A DNA stretch of 63,746 bases, the filler included, from Lenisia limosa (lineage: Eukaryota; Protista; Breviatea), in NCBI GenBank assembly GCA_001655205.1. It is 16 parts of 16 records of this genome, joined end to end, with 100 filler letters (N's around TTAATTAATTAA, not from the genome) between each part and the next. Parts side by side here need not be neighbours in the genome. Positions count along the whole stretch, not along the records: positions 50,192 to 56,584 come from LPNZ01010317.1; positions 56,685 to 58,809 come from LPNZ01008606.1; positions 58,910 to 60,170 come from LPNZ01008374.1; positions 60,271 to 63,746 come from LPNZ01011301.1; 12 more parts are not named here. One strand, given 5' to 3'. Shown here one piece after another: positions 51,241 to 63,746 of this stretch (within the stretch, counting starts at the first letter, position 1; every line of letters starts with the position of its first letter). Under the pieces are notes generated by a model. It worked only from the letters and a program-made list of their open reading frames with translations. It did not search any database and was not told the DNA's origin. Position numbers and translations under genes: made by a program.

Positions 51241-54200
51241 CTACTTTTGGCTATCAAGGATATGTAGAATGAACGTCAAAGCGGAAGGAGCAAGCCCGTT
51301 ATACACATATACGTCTCGGGACTTAATCAACTCTTCAAGAGCATTATACAACTGACCTGATCCGTCAGTTGTATATTCTGATATCCAAAAGAAATAACAT
51401 TATGTGACACATTACTCCCCACACCCCCTTTATACCTCTTCTCTCCCATATTGAAAAAAAATGAAATAAGAAATGTAATGACTTCACACAACGCTCCAAT
51501 CCCGTCTACCCACAAAGCTACCTGTGGTACAGACCCCCCCCCCCCCCCCCCCCCCCNNNNNNNNNNNNNNNNNNNNNNNNNNNNNNNNNNNNNNNNNNNN
51601 NNNNNNNNNNNNNNNNNNNNNNNNNNNNNNNNNAAACTCATTTAGGGTGTCTGGATTTTCGTTGAAGAGAACAAACATCAAATTGCGTCGAGCCTTGACA
51701 GTGAAAAATGGATAAGATATCTGCAACAAAAAAAGACAGCTTCCAAATGCAAATGGGTGTATATATACACATATTATGTCACCAGTAAACCAACAACAAA
51801 AAATCCGCGCATATAAAACAAAAGCGATCGATCAATTGTGAAAAAGGAGATCAATACCCACAAACCATAGAAGCAGCCAGAAGTTGAATAATAAATTTAA
51901 GGTCGTTATCGCCACCAAAGACTCCACAGCCCCTAGAGTAGTGAGAGTAAATATTGACAAAACTACGCATCAAATTACAAGAGTCAAATAATCATAATGT
52001 TTGTTTTTAGGCTGAATGATCTACAATGGCAAAATAAACTCATGACACAAAGCGCAGACTTACCATTTTCCAGTTGCTATCGAAGGCGAGGTATTTTGGT
52101 TGTTTAAAACGAAGCCTGCAGACGCCTGCGATATTAACCCGTAAATGACGCATGATCCAAGGGTATCATCCCTACATGCCTGATATAGATCCCACCTTAG
52201 TCAATTCCCTGTGTACATCTCTCATATTCCACTGGTTTGATCCTTGGGAGCTAGACAGTTATTATTAAGCATCAAATCGCGAAAACATGTCTTGTTGAGA
52301 TTGTTTAGCCCTTTCTGAAAGAGAACACGAGATACCTTAGCAAAAGTTATTGTGATCTCAATTGGCACTTTCATGACAGTATTTTAGTTGTAACAGTGAA
52401 GGGTTCCTTTTCCCCCAAGCCCAAACCCCTAAAATATCGCTTTTAGGGAAAGCTAGAAGCCCTATACAAACATGATTCAGCTTACAAATACTCTTTTGCG
52501 TCTATTGCGATGATGGAACGTGCACGTCTGTTATTCTTATCACTGAAAAAGTCAGCAAAATTGGAGTATTTGAAAAGAGTAAAGAATCATACAGACAGAC
52601 TAATATACAAACGACTGGTACTCTCAATATTGATCGATGATATTCCAAAAATTCCCAGGGTTGAGGGCTGTGGCGACATGCATACCAAGGAGTGGGGTCA
52701 GTTGCCGGACCCTTGAATTCGAAGGTACTTGCATAACCCGCGTAGTTCGAGTACCTCGTGGCTCCTTTGGGGGTTATCGATGGTGAAATACGACAATGGA
52801 GTGGTTGAGTCTTGTTCTCCTTCATACACCTGTCCCGCAACTATAGCCTAACGCCTCTTATTGGTAAAATCACAATTTTAATAAAACAATTATTTTTTTA
52901 GAACATCGCGATCAATTTAGCTGATTTAAGAAATCAAATCCAGTCCTACTTACCAGTGATAATGACGGCATCCGGGTCCTCGAGCCCTTCACAGATGAAG
53001 CAACTGACAATACACTCCGGACAAAGGGCAAACATAATCTCCTCCTGAAACGTAAGAGCCGAGCTAAGAACCACCAACTATAATTCATGTTGAGGAGAAT
53101 GTAGAAAAACAAGAAAAGATGAAAACATTTCTTTGAATCATGAAGTTTCCTAAGTTGCCTTGGAATAACAGGCTTTTCAGTTCATGAAGGAAAATATTAA
53201 CAAATGAAGGGAAGGCCAAACGGTGTGCTCACCTGAACCATTCCTCTGCCCAGAATACCACCTCCAATACTCTTATTTGCGAAGTCAACCTAAATAAATA
53301 ACACAAAGAATTCGAATAAAAAACACAATGAATACATCCTTCCCCATTTCTTTTAAAACAAATTAATGTATTATTGCAAAAAATCCTGGCTTTACAGTCA
53401 AAACCTCCACAAACGTGTGAAGCATCCGAAATGTCTTCAATAGCCCCCGAAATAATGTCAACATCGGCAATGCTGGCGTTGGAAATCATGGATCTAAAAA
53501 AAAGTGATATTCGGTTGTAATTTGTTTTAATCTGAACACACCTATGGAATAGAGTCCACCGCCTCCCACTTGACATCTTCTAGCCAATGAATAAAGTCCA
53601 CCCGCCTCCCACTTGACATCTTCTGGTTGCATCATGCGTCTTTCGAAGGTGACTAGTTCCTGATTTTTTGGGGATTCTGTTCCATAAGTAAAGTCTTATA
53701 AGGTGTAAAATAATGTCCCTTTCATTGGAAGAAAACAAAAAAAAAACAGATTCAGAAAGATTATCTTTGATGCACCCCCCTCCCTCCATACTTAAATCGT
53801 AACAAACTGTGGAGAAGTAGCACATAAAACAAGAAATCTTCCCAAATTGGGAAGTCGTACATGGCTGGTCAAACAGGGTCCTTGAGAATAAATTTAGCGG
53901 GATAAACACTACGACGTATCAAAAATAATGACTATTAACACATTTGAAGATAATACATCGTATTATGTAGTACTATATTTGAGTATATAATTACTCAAAA
54001 TAAAGCATCAGCTGAGTATTAGTTGGTGCAAATCAAAATCAATTAACAGATTCCACTAACAAAAAATTGGCTCGGTTGAAATTTTTATAAGCTTGTCTGT
54101 TCCTATTTGGAAGGAAATTGAGAAACGCACACGCCATTAAACATGCGCACTGAGCCTGTGGTATAAGAGGCGGAAATCTATCATAATGTATGAAATAATA

Positions 54201-55751
54201 TTGTAAAACTCTTATGAAGTGAAGGTGATTACAAAAGAATCGTAAACAAACATCAAGAGTATTACGCTATCAGTTATTACATGTCCTCTCTTCATTTTCA
54301 GAGAACTCATCCTAACAGACTTTAGATAAAACAACCGTGCCCGTTGTGCCAGCTTTGAGAAGGGGAACCGGAGCAACAAAGAGTTCTGTGAAATTAGTCG
54401 ACGATGTGTGTCTATGTGTCTGTATCTGTGAACGTATTTGTATATATGTGTGTATTACGTGGAGGTGTGTGTAATATGTATATAGGTGTGTATATCATAT
54501 GATATAATATATATATGTGTGTATTGTGTATTGTGTGTTGTGTGTGTGTGTGTGTGCGAAGATTAGTCAACTCTTCCACGTTGTATCACGTAGGTTTGTC
54601 AACAAGAAGTATTTCTATCACCAGATTTGAATATTTAAAATGATAATACTAAACCAATGCCAACCTTCCATAGACAACGCAGTGTCCACGATAGCAGGCA
54701 AAAGAGCACCGAAGAAGCCCTCCTGATTATCAGGCCGTCCCTCGAAAAACTGCTTCAGGCCCATCCCATCACGAAGATCTTTGGAGTATGTTTTCATTGC
54801 GATCTGTATGTAAAACAAAATGGGTTGAAAAGAACAGAAACGTTACGAGTAAGATTAAAAATATGCATGTACGTGCAGCCATGTAACCAAGTATCAAAGA
54901 TACACATTTATATACAGCGTATATTATCGATATAGCTATAATAGTATGTATAATATAGCTATATGAATACATAGAGTATATATCATATAGTAATAAATAT
55001 CACAGATGGCCCTGTCGCCCACAATAAATTCGCTGGGATTCTGAGGCATCGGCCGAAACGCATCCCGAAGAAGATCCCATCGCTTCTGGCTGAATAGGTT
55101 AATCAAAAGAAACACAAACTTGATACTGCAAAAAAAAAAAGGAAAAAGGAACATTTATATCCTGGATGGAGCAACATAAAACATCCCACAAACTTGCCAA
55201 CAACAGAGTCTTTTGAACAGGGCATGTGCAGGTCCACCTTGGAAAGTAAATAAAGCACCCCCTAATTTTAGAGCTCAAAGCTTGATAGTGCCTTTAAGTC
55301 CAATGATAATATTGAAATGCATATGCCCCCCCCCCCNNNNNNNNNNNNNNNNNNNNNNNNNNNNNNNNNNNNNNNNNNNNNNNNNNNNNNNNNNNNNNNN
55401 NNNNNNNNNNNNNNNNNNNNNNNNNNNNNNNNNNNNNNNNNNNNGGATATTACACCGTCCCTCTTACCGAGCTAAAAGCAAAGGGGTCCTGGATAGGGTC
55501 TGGCAGCTAAAGGAGTTACACAATAGAGTTAAAGATTTGTTTTGATTGAAATAGCAGAAATTACTTTTCTTCAAAAAAGCTTCAAAGCCCACTCGAATAG
55601 TTTCATCAGAGAGGTGCGTCAACAGGCTTGTGACAGGGTATGCAATACTGTCAGATTCAGCAAGAACAGCCGGAGTTGGAGGCCATTGGCACAGTCGCTC
55701 ATATTCCTGCTTCTGAGGGTCCTCCTTAACACTGTGGTGTAAAAAAGGCAT
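51241..55751 (-). CDS. PARG: Poly(ADP-ribose) glycohydrolase; may extend further 5'
   Basis: RWDLLRDAF, FFGALLPAIVDTAL, VPLLKAG, KISCFMCYF, GLVTFERR, GAIED, VDFANKSIGGGILGRGMVQ/EEIMFALCPE (catalytic GGG-x6-8-QEE), RYSNYAGYASTF, IATGKW/GCGVFGGD. Stop TAG at 51243-51241. Confidence 0.93.
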
Positions 55752-57088
55752 TGTCTTGTTGACAAAAAGATAACATGGATGTGAGAGACATCAAGTTTTA
55801 GTCATTTATTGAGAACATAAGAAGCCCTACTTGGATAAATCACACATGATAAAAAAAACAGTGTATAACTTTTTAGTATGAAACCTAATATTACACCATC
55901 AGCCAGTAACTTTTAAACACATCACATTGACCCCCCTCCCCAATTGCACACATGTCATCATCATTGTCACTGACATCGGTAGCCGAGCACTGCGAAGAAA
56001 CGGGAGGCTCATCCTGAGGGGTGGGGTANNNNNNNNNNNNNNNNNNNNNNNNNNNNNNNNNNNNNNNNNNNNNNNNNNNNNNNNNNNNNNNNNNNNNNNN
56101 NNNNNNNNNNNNNNTCATGAATGAGTAGAGAGAGGTATCAGCCAGAAGCTGCTAACTCGATCATATTGTGGGTATGTTCACTGCAAGCCACACTTACAGT
56201 TGACTCTGAAAAGAGATCGTAATAGTTAACTTGCTAAATTGTTAGAATATACTCCATACATCTCATTAAAATGTCAAATGAAGATATAGTATATAGCTAT
56301 ATACATTATATGTAAACCCTAAATATGAGGAATAAGGAGAACATATTTTTTCAAATCATAACAACGTACATGCGGATTTTAAAATAGCATTCAGTAAGCC
56401 CACAGTTTTTGGTTTTGGTGCGGTCGTTGGGCAGATGGTGGGTTGGGCGGGGTATTTGGGGGTGGCAGGTAAACACACAGTGGAGTCACACTGGTCCAAA
56501 GGAGGGGTCTGCTGAATATGGTCAGAATATGAAGGAGACCACAATATTATCGTCTCTACAATAAATTGCTAAGCAATATATCATNNNNNNNNNNNNNNNN
56601 NNNNNNNNNNNNNNNNNNNNNNNNNNNNTTAATTAATTAANNNNNNNNNNNNNNNNNNNNNNNNNNNNNNNNNNNNNNNNNNNNTGTTGTATTTCTCATC
56701 TCTATACTTACCATACGCTCCGTGCACGCTTTCTTGAATTCGAATTCGGTCTAATGGAATATGAAGCGGAATGAGAACAGTAATGAGTATTTAGCTTGTA
56801 TTTTAAATGAGCCACAGTTAATAATCCATATTTGGGACCCCTTTTTATGTGTATATTTAACACGGTTCAGTTGAGCTTCTTAAGAAGGTGCTATGGGAAG
56901 AGATCCGATCGCCCAAAATGGAGGGTATGTGGAATTTCCTCCAAATCTATTTGGCTTTTTCTTACTGTGTTGTATTTGATTGTGGGCTTTTTTGAACCCC
57001 CCCCCCCCNNNNNNNNNNNNNNNNNNNNNNNNNNNNNNNNNNNNNNNNNNNNNNNNNNNNNNNNNNNNNNNNNNNNNNNNNNNNNNNT

Positions 57089-57910
57089 CTGCAAGCGTTA
57101 CGGCTGCACCCCCAAAGGAGTTGTAATTCCGGAGCTCCAGAAGAAGCCCGAGGAGCCCCTGGCTCGGAAGCCGAGAAAGAAGGTTGTTGAAGACAAGGAC
57201 AACGATGAAGATGAAGAGAAGGCGAAGCCGACAGAAGAGGCTAAAACAGAAGCGGATGAACAAACAGAGACAACGGTCCAGCGCGAAACCTCAGCCTTTA
57301 CCGCTTTTGCAGAAGGCAAGGATTTTACTGAAAAAGACAAGATGCCTAAGGACCTTGTCAAGTCCCTCAATAAAGTGGTGCGTTCAAAGGGGGGCTTTTT
57401 CACTGCAAATGATTGGATCAATATGAAACTAGAAACTGACGCCCGAGTCTGCTTATTCACTCTGTTTTGGCCTTTCAATTTTAATTTACGCCATTTAAAT
57501 GTGAAGCATGCTATCTTCATCCATAAAAACTGCTCTTCGGATGAAAAATACGTTCTCATCACCAAATATAGATGGAGAATGTGCGAAACTCTGGAGTTCT
57601 GCCTGACCACCATGTCAAACACTTCACTACCCACTTCGTCTTCATCTCATTACTCCATCTTGGTGGGCTTGGGGTACAATTTCTCAAGGGGAGTGCGTGT
57701 TTCATGCTGTCGGCAGAATAGGTTTATTTCACTCATGAGCCACTATGCTTTCTAATGTCTAATTTTCAAGAATACCAGTTTTCATTGCTTTATAACATGT
57801 GGAACCTTTTAGTTCATTTTCTGCAGCGAACGAGAAAGGCCTCCATCTCCGGGAGTATACGAATGGAGACGACCTGTACATCAACCGTAGTCCGCATGGT
57901 GGGACCTGCT
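57089..57910 (+). CDS. Unidentified spliced gene fragment (charged linker plus globular C-terminal part)
   Basis: Open 57089-~57446 (CKRYGCTP...LNKVVRSKGGFFTANDWINMKLETDAR) and ~57508-57672, joined by a GT-AG interval. Confidence 0.5.
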
Positions 57911-59876
57911 AGAGCCTAACTGTCTAAGTCTAAGATTTCTATGTGTTTTTAGTTCTGTGCAATAGATCATGTCTGTTTCAAGAGCGGCAAATCCCATTGT
58001 TTACCTTAAAATGGTCTAAAAAAAACCCCCCAATTCGATCAATAAAAGGATACGAAATCACTGGGGGCATAAGGGAGTCTTGAAAATCGTGGACGCCATT
58101 ATAATAGGCGCATGGACTTAATTTCAAGACAAAACAATTATATGTCTGAAATGGGGGTCTCGTTACAGTGTGTTCCACTTCATTTTTTTTTTGTTGTTTT
58201 TCAATTAATTGCACGTGCCCCTCGTAGTCACACAGTAGACACAAACGTTTATCGACCATTGAGAATCTCCCCAGAAACTTCATCAATGGAATAATAAAAA
58301 CATCCATCAGAAAAATCAGAACATTACAAGCACACCCTCATTAAAACACAACATAGCAGTCACCATAAAAGAAGTTACAGAATACACATACAACAAACAA
58401 AACCTAAAAATCAAACTGAGCCACCTGAGATTAACAGCCAAAGCCCACGATGTCTAGCATACTTGACTATAAATTCGGATCGTCGCGAGGAGACATAACG
58501 CTGACGTCATCGCCTTCTATTGCCCACAGCATCTGTTTGATCGGCTCGGGGAGCTTGCTCATGGCCCCGCCCCATTCGTAACCTACTGTGTCATGTGGGT
58601 GATAAGGTTGGAAGACTGAAAAAACAAAAAAGCCCCAAATCAAAGCACACGAGGGTTGAAAATGATAAAACAAACAAAGCTCAGGTCAGTCGCTTCTGCA
58701 GTACCGCATCCCATCACCTGTACAATCTGTCCCTCCACCCACCCGGGAGCCTTTCCTTCCAATTTGAGGCGTCTGAGTAGGCAAGAGTTGGCCCCACTGT
58801 GATCTGACTNNNNNNNNNNNNNNNNNNNNNNNNNNNNNNNNNNNNNNNNNNNNTTAATTAATTAANNNNNNNNNNNNNNNNNNNNNNNNNNNNNNNNNNN
58901 NNNNNNNNNCGAATAATGGTTGCCTCAATCCGATCTGTGATCCACTCCTGCGGTCTACAGCTCCCGGCAGCGGAGGAATTTGATCCCTCCCCGTTGCGGC
59001 CAAACCTGTGTATTATTCCGACCGGCCCGTGCGGAGATTGGGCACGTGACGCTCTTGGTCTTCAGAGCCACGCGGTTTGCGTCAACGTGTTCGGAAGTGA
59101 TCGCTCGGATCTTGATGATGCTTCCAATGAGCATGATGACGATGATGATTTTGACGATGATTATGGTGGGGGAGGCTTTGACATTTCAATAAATATGTTA
59201 AAGCGATTAAGGCAAATAAAGTGGAACTGTACGCGCAGTGTTCAAAATGACCCTTCCGGATAATTCCGCAGGAAAGTTTTTCGTGTGAAACAATCTTTTT
59301 TTGGTTCCAACATCACCCCCCCCCCCCACCCCCGCNNNNNNNNNNNNNNNNNNNNNNNNNNNNNNNNNNNNNNNNNNNNNNNNNNNNNNNNNNNNNNNNN
59401 NNNNNNNNNNNNNNNNNNNNNNNNNNNNNNNNNNNNNNNNNNNNNNNNNNNNNNNNNNNNNNNNNNNNNNNNNNNNNNNNNNNNNNNNNNNNNNNNNNNN
59501 NNNNNNNNNNNNNNNNNNNNNNNNNNNNNNNNNNNNNNNNNNNNNNNNTCTCAAATGTTTGGCCAAAAGAGTTTATTCGTGGGAAGGTCATAACTAATTT
59601 ATCATTCTTACCTCCACCTCCCTCCCTATAGAAGTCTGTCTTTCTTACCCCCCACCCCATAAATTGTGATTTTCTTATTCGGGCTTGCCTTTATGTCTTT
59701 TTTTTATTTGTTTTTGTCTAGTTTTAACGTAGGTTGCTAGTGTTTATTATTGCTTTTTTTTGTGTGTTTTTTTGATAGTTTGGAGTTTTAGATTGTTGAA
59801 TTCGTAATTAGCTTACCCCCAATCCCAATATTCGTCATCGAAATTTCCTTCGTTTCACCCATTCTCACCGTCATAG

Positions 59877-60170
59877 AACTGCAACATCGAAGGACTTCAA
59901 CCGTCCACAGATATCCACTCTGGCTTCCTGAGGCTCGTCTTCGCCCTGACCGCTGCTAAGGGTGCTGGTGAGCGGGCGAGTTATTTATTGTGTTTGTCGA
60001 TTCTGGTGCCACTGACCACGTGCAGTTTTCGCGCAAGCTACACCCGGCACGCGCAATGAAGCCCAAATTACAGTCGCCAGCAAAAGCCTCGGATATGACG
60101 TGGTTTCGTCGGAGGGAAGCATCACGGACCGGCTTGTTGAAGCTGTGGTTCTGGCGTTGCACCCCGATAC
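59877..60170 (+). CDS. Two exons of an unidentified protein
   Basis: NCNIEGLQPSTDIHSGFLRLVFALTAAKGA (GTGAGC donor) and FAQATPGTRNEAQITVASKSLGYDVVSSEGSITDRLVEAVVLALHPD. Confidence 0.45.
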
Positions 60171-60327
60171 NNNNNNNNNNNNNNNNNNNNNNNNNNNNNN
60201 NNNNNNNNNNNNNNTTAATTAATTAANNNNNNNNNNNNNNNNNNNNNNNNNNNNNNNNNNNNNNNNNNNNGGGGGTGAAAATGGACAATTACATGAATAA
60301 ATAATAATTATAATAATAATAAACCAC

Positions 60328-60412
60328 AAAGGAAACATGAAGGAAACATCGAGTAAAACGAAGGAAACAGCGAGTAAAACGAAGGAAACAGCGAGTAAAA
60401 AGAAGGAAACAT
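60328..60412. repeat. 21-bp tandem repeat (AAGGAAACAGCGAGTAAAACG)
   Basis: About four direct copies. Confidence 0.85.
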
Positions 60413-62897
60413 CGATGGCGTGACTCACTGTTTGGACTCTTTGGATCGTAATGGGGCTCGGGTTTATTTGGATTCGGACAAGGTCCCTGAACGGTCAATG
60501 TCCGGAGGGATGTTAACATTATGTAATTAGTGCAGGGAGGGATGGTAACATTAAGTAATTATAAATGCAGATGACATTGAATAATATTGTATTCCACCAG
60601 CATTTAATCCCCCCCACGTTTTGACGAAATCAACAGCAATGACAACGAAAACAGTGCCTGCACGGGTACTGCTAATGTCGAGGGTAAGGGTCCCTGACGC
60701 TGCAGGGGTGAATGGATGCAATGGATTGAGGGAGGCATTAATTCGGTACAAAAAAGACCGGTACAATATCGGTAGTTATCGAATATTTTTATTTCAAAGT
60801 TTTTTTTTTTCTCTCCTTTTTGGAGATTTCAATCATTTATCCCAAGAACCCACCAGAGGACTGGACAGTGGGGGGTGAAAACGCATTTATCATAGAGCTG
60901 TCGTCATGCTTCCTAAACAGACATTAGTCATGGTTCTTAAACACGCATTAATCATGGAGCTGTCGTCGTGTTTCCTAAACGACATAAAGGCATGGAGCAC
61001 TTCTTTCCAATCAATTACCTATCGATATTATGTGTGATATATCATATTACATAAAATGAAATAATGTATNNNNNNNNNNNNNNNNNNNNNNNNNNNNNNN
61101 NNNNNNNNNNNNNNNNNNNNNNNNNNNNNNNNNNNNNNNNNNNNNNNNNNNNNNCCAAGGACATAGTGGTTGTTGCGAAGAGGGAGGATTTCAATGTTTT
61201 TTCCAGCGGGATGGCCAAAGCCTATATTGGTCAGTTCAGAAAGGGAAGAGTAATTAATGCAGAAGTGTGATTGAATGAGCGATTGATATTATTTGTGTAT
61301 TTATAATCTTTTTTAATTATTTTTATCTGCCCCCCCCCCTCAAAAGGGCTAAACTTTACAATACACTCGATAACACCTCGATAAATGTTTAAAATAGACA
61401 TGAAAGAAGGTGGACGCGGATCAAAAGAAGGANNNNNNNNNNNNNNNNNNNNNNNNNNNNNNNNNNNNNNNNNNNNNNNNNNNNNNNNNNNNNNNNNNNN
61501 NNNNNNNNNNNNNNNNNNNNNNNNNNNNNNNNNNNNNNNNNNNNNNNNAAAGTGTGACACATTATATTGTAATGGGCACTATCATTTCTAATTTTGTCAC
61601 TTTCCAAAAAGCTAATTGCACAGAGCCCAAGGCAAAGCCTACCAGGTTTGGGCAAAATTGTGAAGGGGATGTTCAACATGTCGCCAGCATTGCCTGGGTG
61701 TGATAAGGGGATTGGCAGAAAAGGTATAATGATATACATGTAATATACGTATACTATATATATATATTGTTATGTAAGAAATGATCCCTTACATGACTCT
61801 TCACTGTTTTAAGATTGTTTTAAGGCTATTCACTGTTTTAAGACTCTTCATTGTTTTAAGACTATTCGCTGTTTTAAGATTATTCGCTTTTATAATAATA
61901 GGCTTTCATTTAATATTCAGGTATTAAGAAAAGGTCCAATCAATTATAAATTGTCCAATAATAATGATGATACTAGACTCGACAAGTTCTGATAGCCTGC
62001 CTACCCGAGTACGACACCTGTGAAGTTTTGAACGAACCTACTTCCGTGTTGATGTCAACTCGTTGCTTCACTAAATGCAGTCAAACTTATAGGGCTCTGT
62101 GCAATTAATGTGTAAAGCAATTAGCTGATAATTTGTGTCTGAAATTGAGATTATTCACTTCAAAACCACTCCACTCCCACTATAATCCATAACCCATCTT
62201 ACGTGCGCATTCGTTTTCCCAGAGGTTGTCTAGGTAGTATCTGGTACGTGATGACAACTCCTTTTCCGAGTACCTGAGTAGGTAAATATGGGTAAGAAAA
62301 AAATCTCGTCCACAACGATGGCATCACATTCATAAGGGATGGCAAAAGCCGAGGGATAATGTTAGAATGACAAGTCAACACACCCCCTTACAAATACACC
62401 AAGTCAAGACTAGCACCACCCTCAGCCATGGGGGAGATGTAGAAGTCCGAACTAATGTCTTCTCCCACGGCAACAGCAAATCCTGCGGGGGTTAGGGGTG
62501 AGAAGGGGAATAATAATAATAAAAATAAATATCCAAAATTCAACTCCATTTTAGTTCAATATACTTATTAAGAACTATCTCGGGTTAATGTCGCTTATAA
62601 ACCAACACATTCAGAACAGAATTTGGCCAAAAATCATATTTACTGCAAAAGCAAGTTCAATATCCCAAGCATACTCAGAAAGTAGTAAGTATATAGTAAT
62701 CATTAAGCACCCAACTCCAAATTCGAAGAACAGCATAGTATTACTCCCCAGAACAACTCACCTATAGCGTCGACTCCAAACTGATAGTTGAACACCGCTC
62801 GCCCCTGGGGTGTTAAACAATACGGAAAAAATATTTGTACACGTGACTGTGTGTAGTGCTTGTGGATTGTGTGAAAAATACGGGGGAATACATTGAC

Positions 62898-62988
62898 GGA
62901 AAGGATTAAGAAATGCTCAAGACTGGAGTAATAAGAAAGGATTAAGAAATGCTCAAGACTGGAGTAATAAGAAAGGATTAAGAAATGC
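62898..62988. repeat. 36-bp tandem repeat (GAAAGGATTAAGAAATGCTCAAGACTGGAGTAATAA)
   Basis: About 2.5 identical copies. Confidence 0.85.
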
Positions 62989-63746
62989 TGTGCTTAGAAA
63001 ATGTCAGAATTCACCCCCCCCCCCTACTGCAGCAGTGATCTGACTGCACGTGAGCGCCACGAAGCTATGCGCAATTGTGAAAGATACTTCAGTCTGATTC
63101 TGGAGAGGCTCCCTCTGGCCAAAGCAAACCTAAAAGCAGTTAATCTTTGTACACAGATAATTAAACTATGTCGTTAATTCGAATTATTGTCATTAATTCA
63201 ATTTTCTGTGACTATCCCTTTTCATGTTACGGTCAACTTCACAATTTAACTCGTAAAAAATGTATCCCTTCATTAACAATAAAGTGTGTATATCTCAGAA
63301 ATATATTACTGTTTTGAAGGGGAATAGCTGATTTGGCNNNNNNNNNNAAAAAAATTAAATTTTCGCGATAAAGTTTTCTGATTGAAAAAAATTATTTTTT
63401 TCTTTGTTTCCCTTCATAAACAACTAAAGTGTCATCTCAGAAGTAAATTACTATTTTGAAGGGGAATAGCTGATTTGGCGACCGTAAATAATTAACGACA
63501 TAATTTTGGACCTTGAGTAGATATGCTTTTCAAACATTCCCATTAAACAAACACCAAATACATGAGAGCTTCAACCAAATACATGAGAGCTTTGCTTTCA
63601 GTTACATTTACTGATTCTCAATATATTCCAATAAATAGTTTGTATGTCTTTTGGGCCCAAAATGGACCCGTACCATCTCATTCCATCGGATCCCTCTTAG
63701 CCAACCGCTCGGCAACTGGACCTCCTTCAGCATGCAAGACGGGCTC

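Noticed and set aside
4217-60226. TTAATTAATTAA repeated 15 times as a possible conserved motif, and gene neighbourhoods across it
   Set aside because: It is always centred in exactly 88 N, so it is a synthetic linker. No cross-scaffold clustering can be inferred.

Overview
This is eukaryotic, intron-rich draft genomic DNA, not one locus. It is 16 unrelated scaffolds joined by 15 synthetic 100-bp spacers (N44-TTAATTAATTAA-N44), with many internal N gaps, often next to poly-C or poly-G runs. The ORF track is mostly uninformative because exons are short, so genes were rebuilt by hand from GT-AG introns and protein motifs. Well-supported genes are an ERK1-type MAP kinase (-, partial), an FHA plus formin-type GBD/FH3 protein (-), an SLC5A7/CHT1-like sodium:solute symporter (+), a reticulon-domain protein (-), a NifS/selenocysteine-lyase-like PLP enzyme (+), a bubblegum-type long-chain acyl-CoA synthetase (+, 3' truncated) and a poly(ADP-ribose) glycohydrolase (-). 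The most unusual item is a degenerate DIRS/Ngaro-like retroelement at about 10.3-12.3 kb. It has an RT remnant with YFDD followed by a tyrosine recombinase, and it appears to carry spliceosomal introns. Introns are densely occupied by at least five short repeat families: a ~95-bp palindromic MITE, a ~75-bp Tc1/mariner-like MITE, a family that often abuts splice sites, and two others. There is also a ~600-bp foldback. An amoebozoan-like protist is a plausible source, but that is inference only. Coordinates were counted by hand and repeat edges may be off by a few bases.
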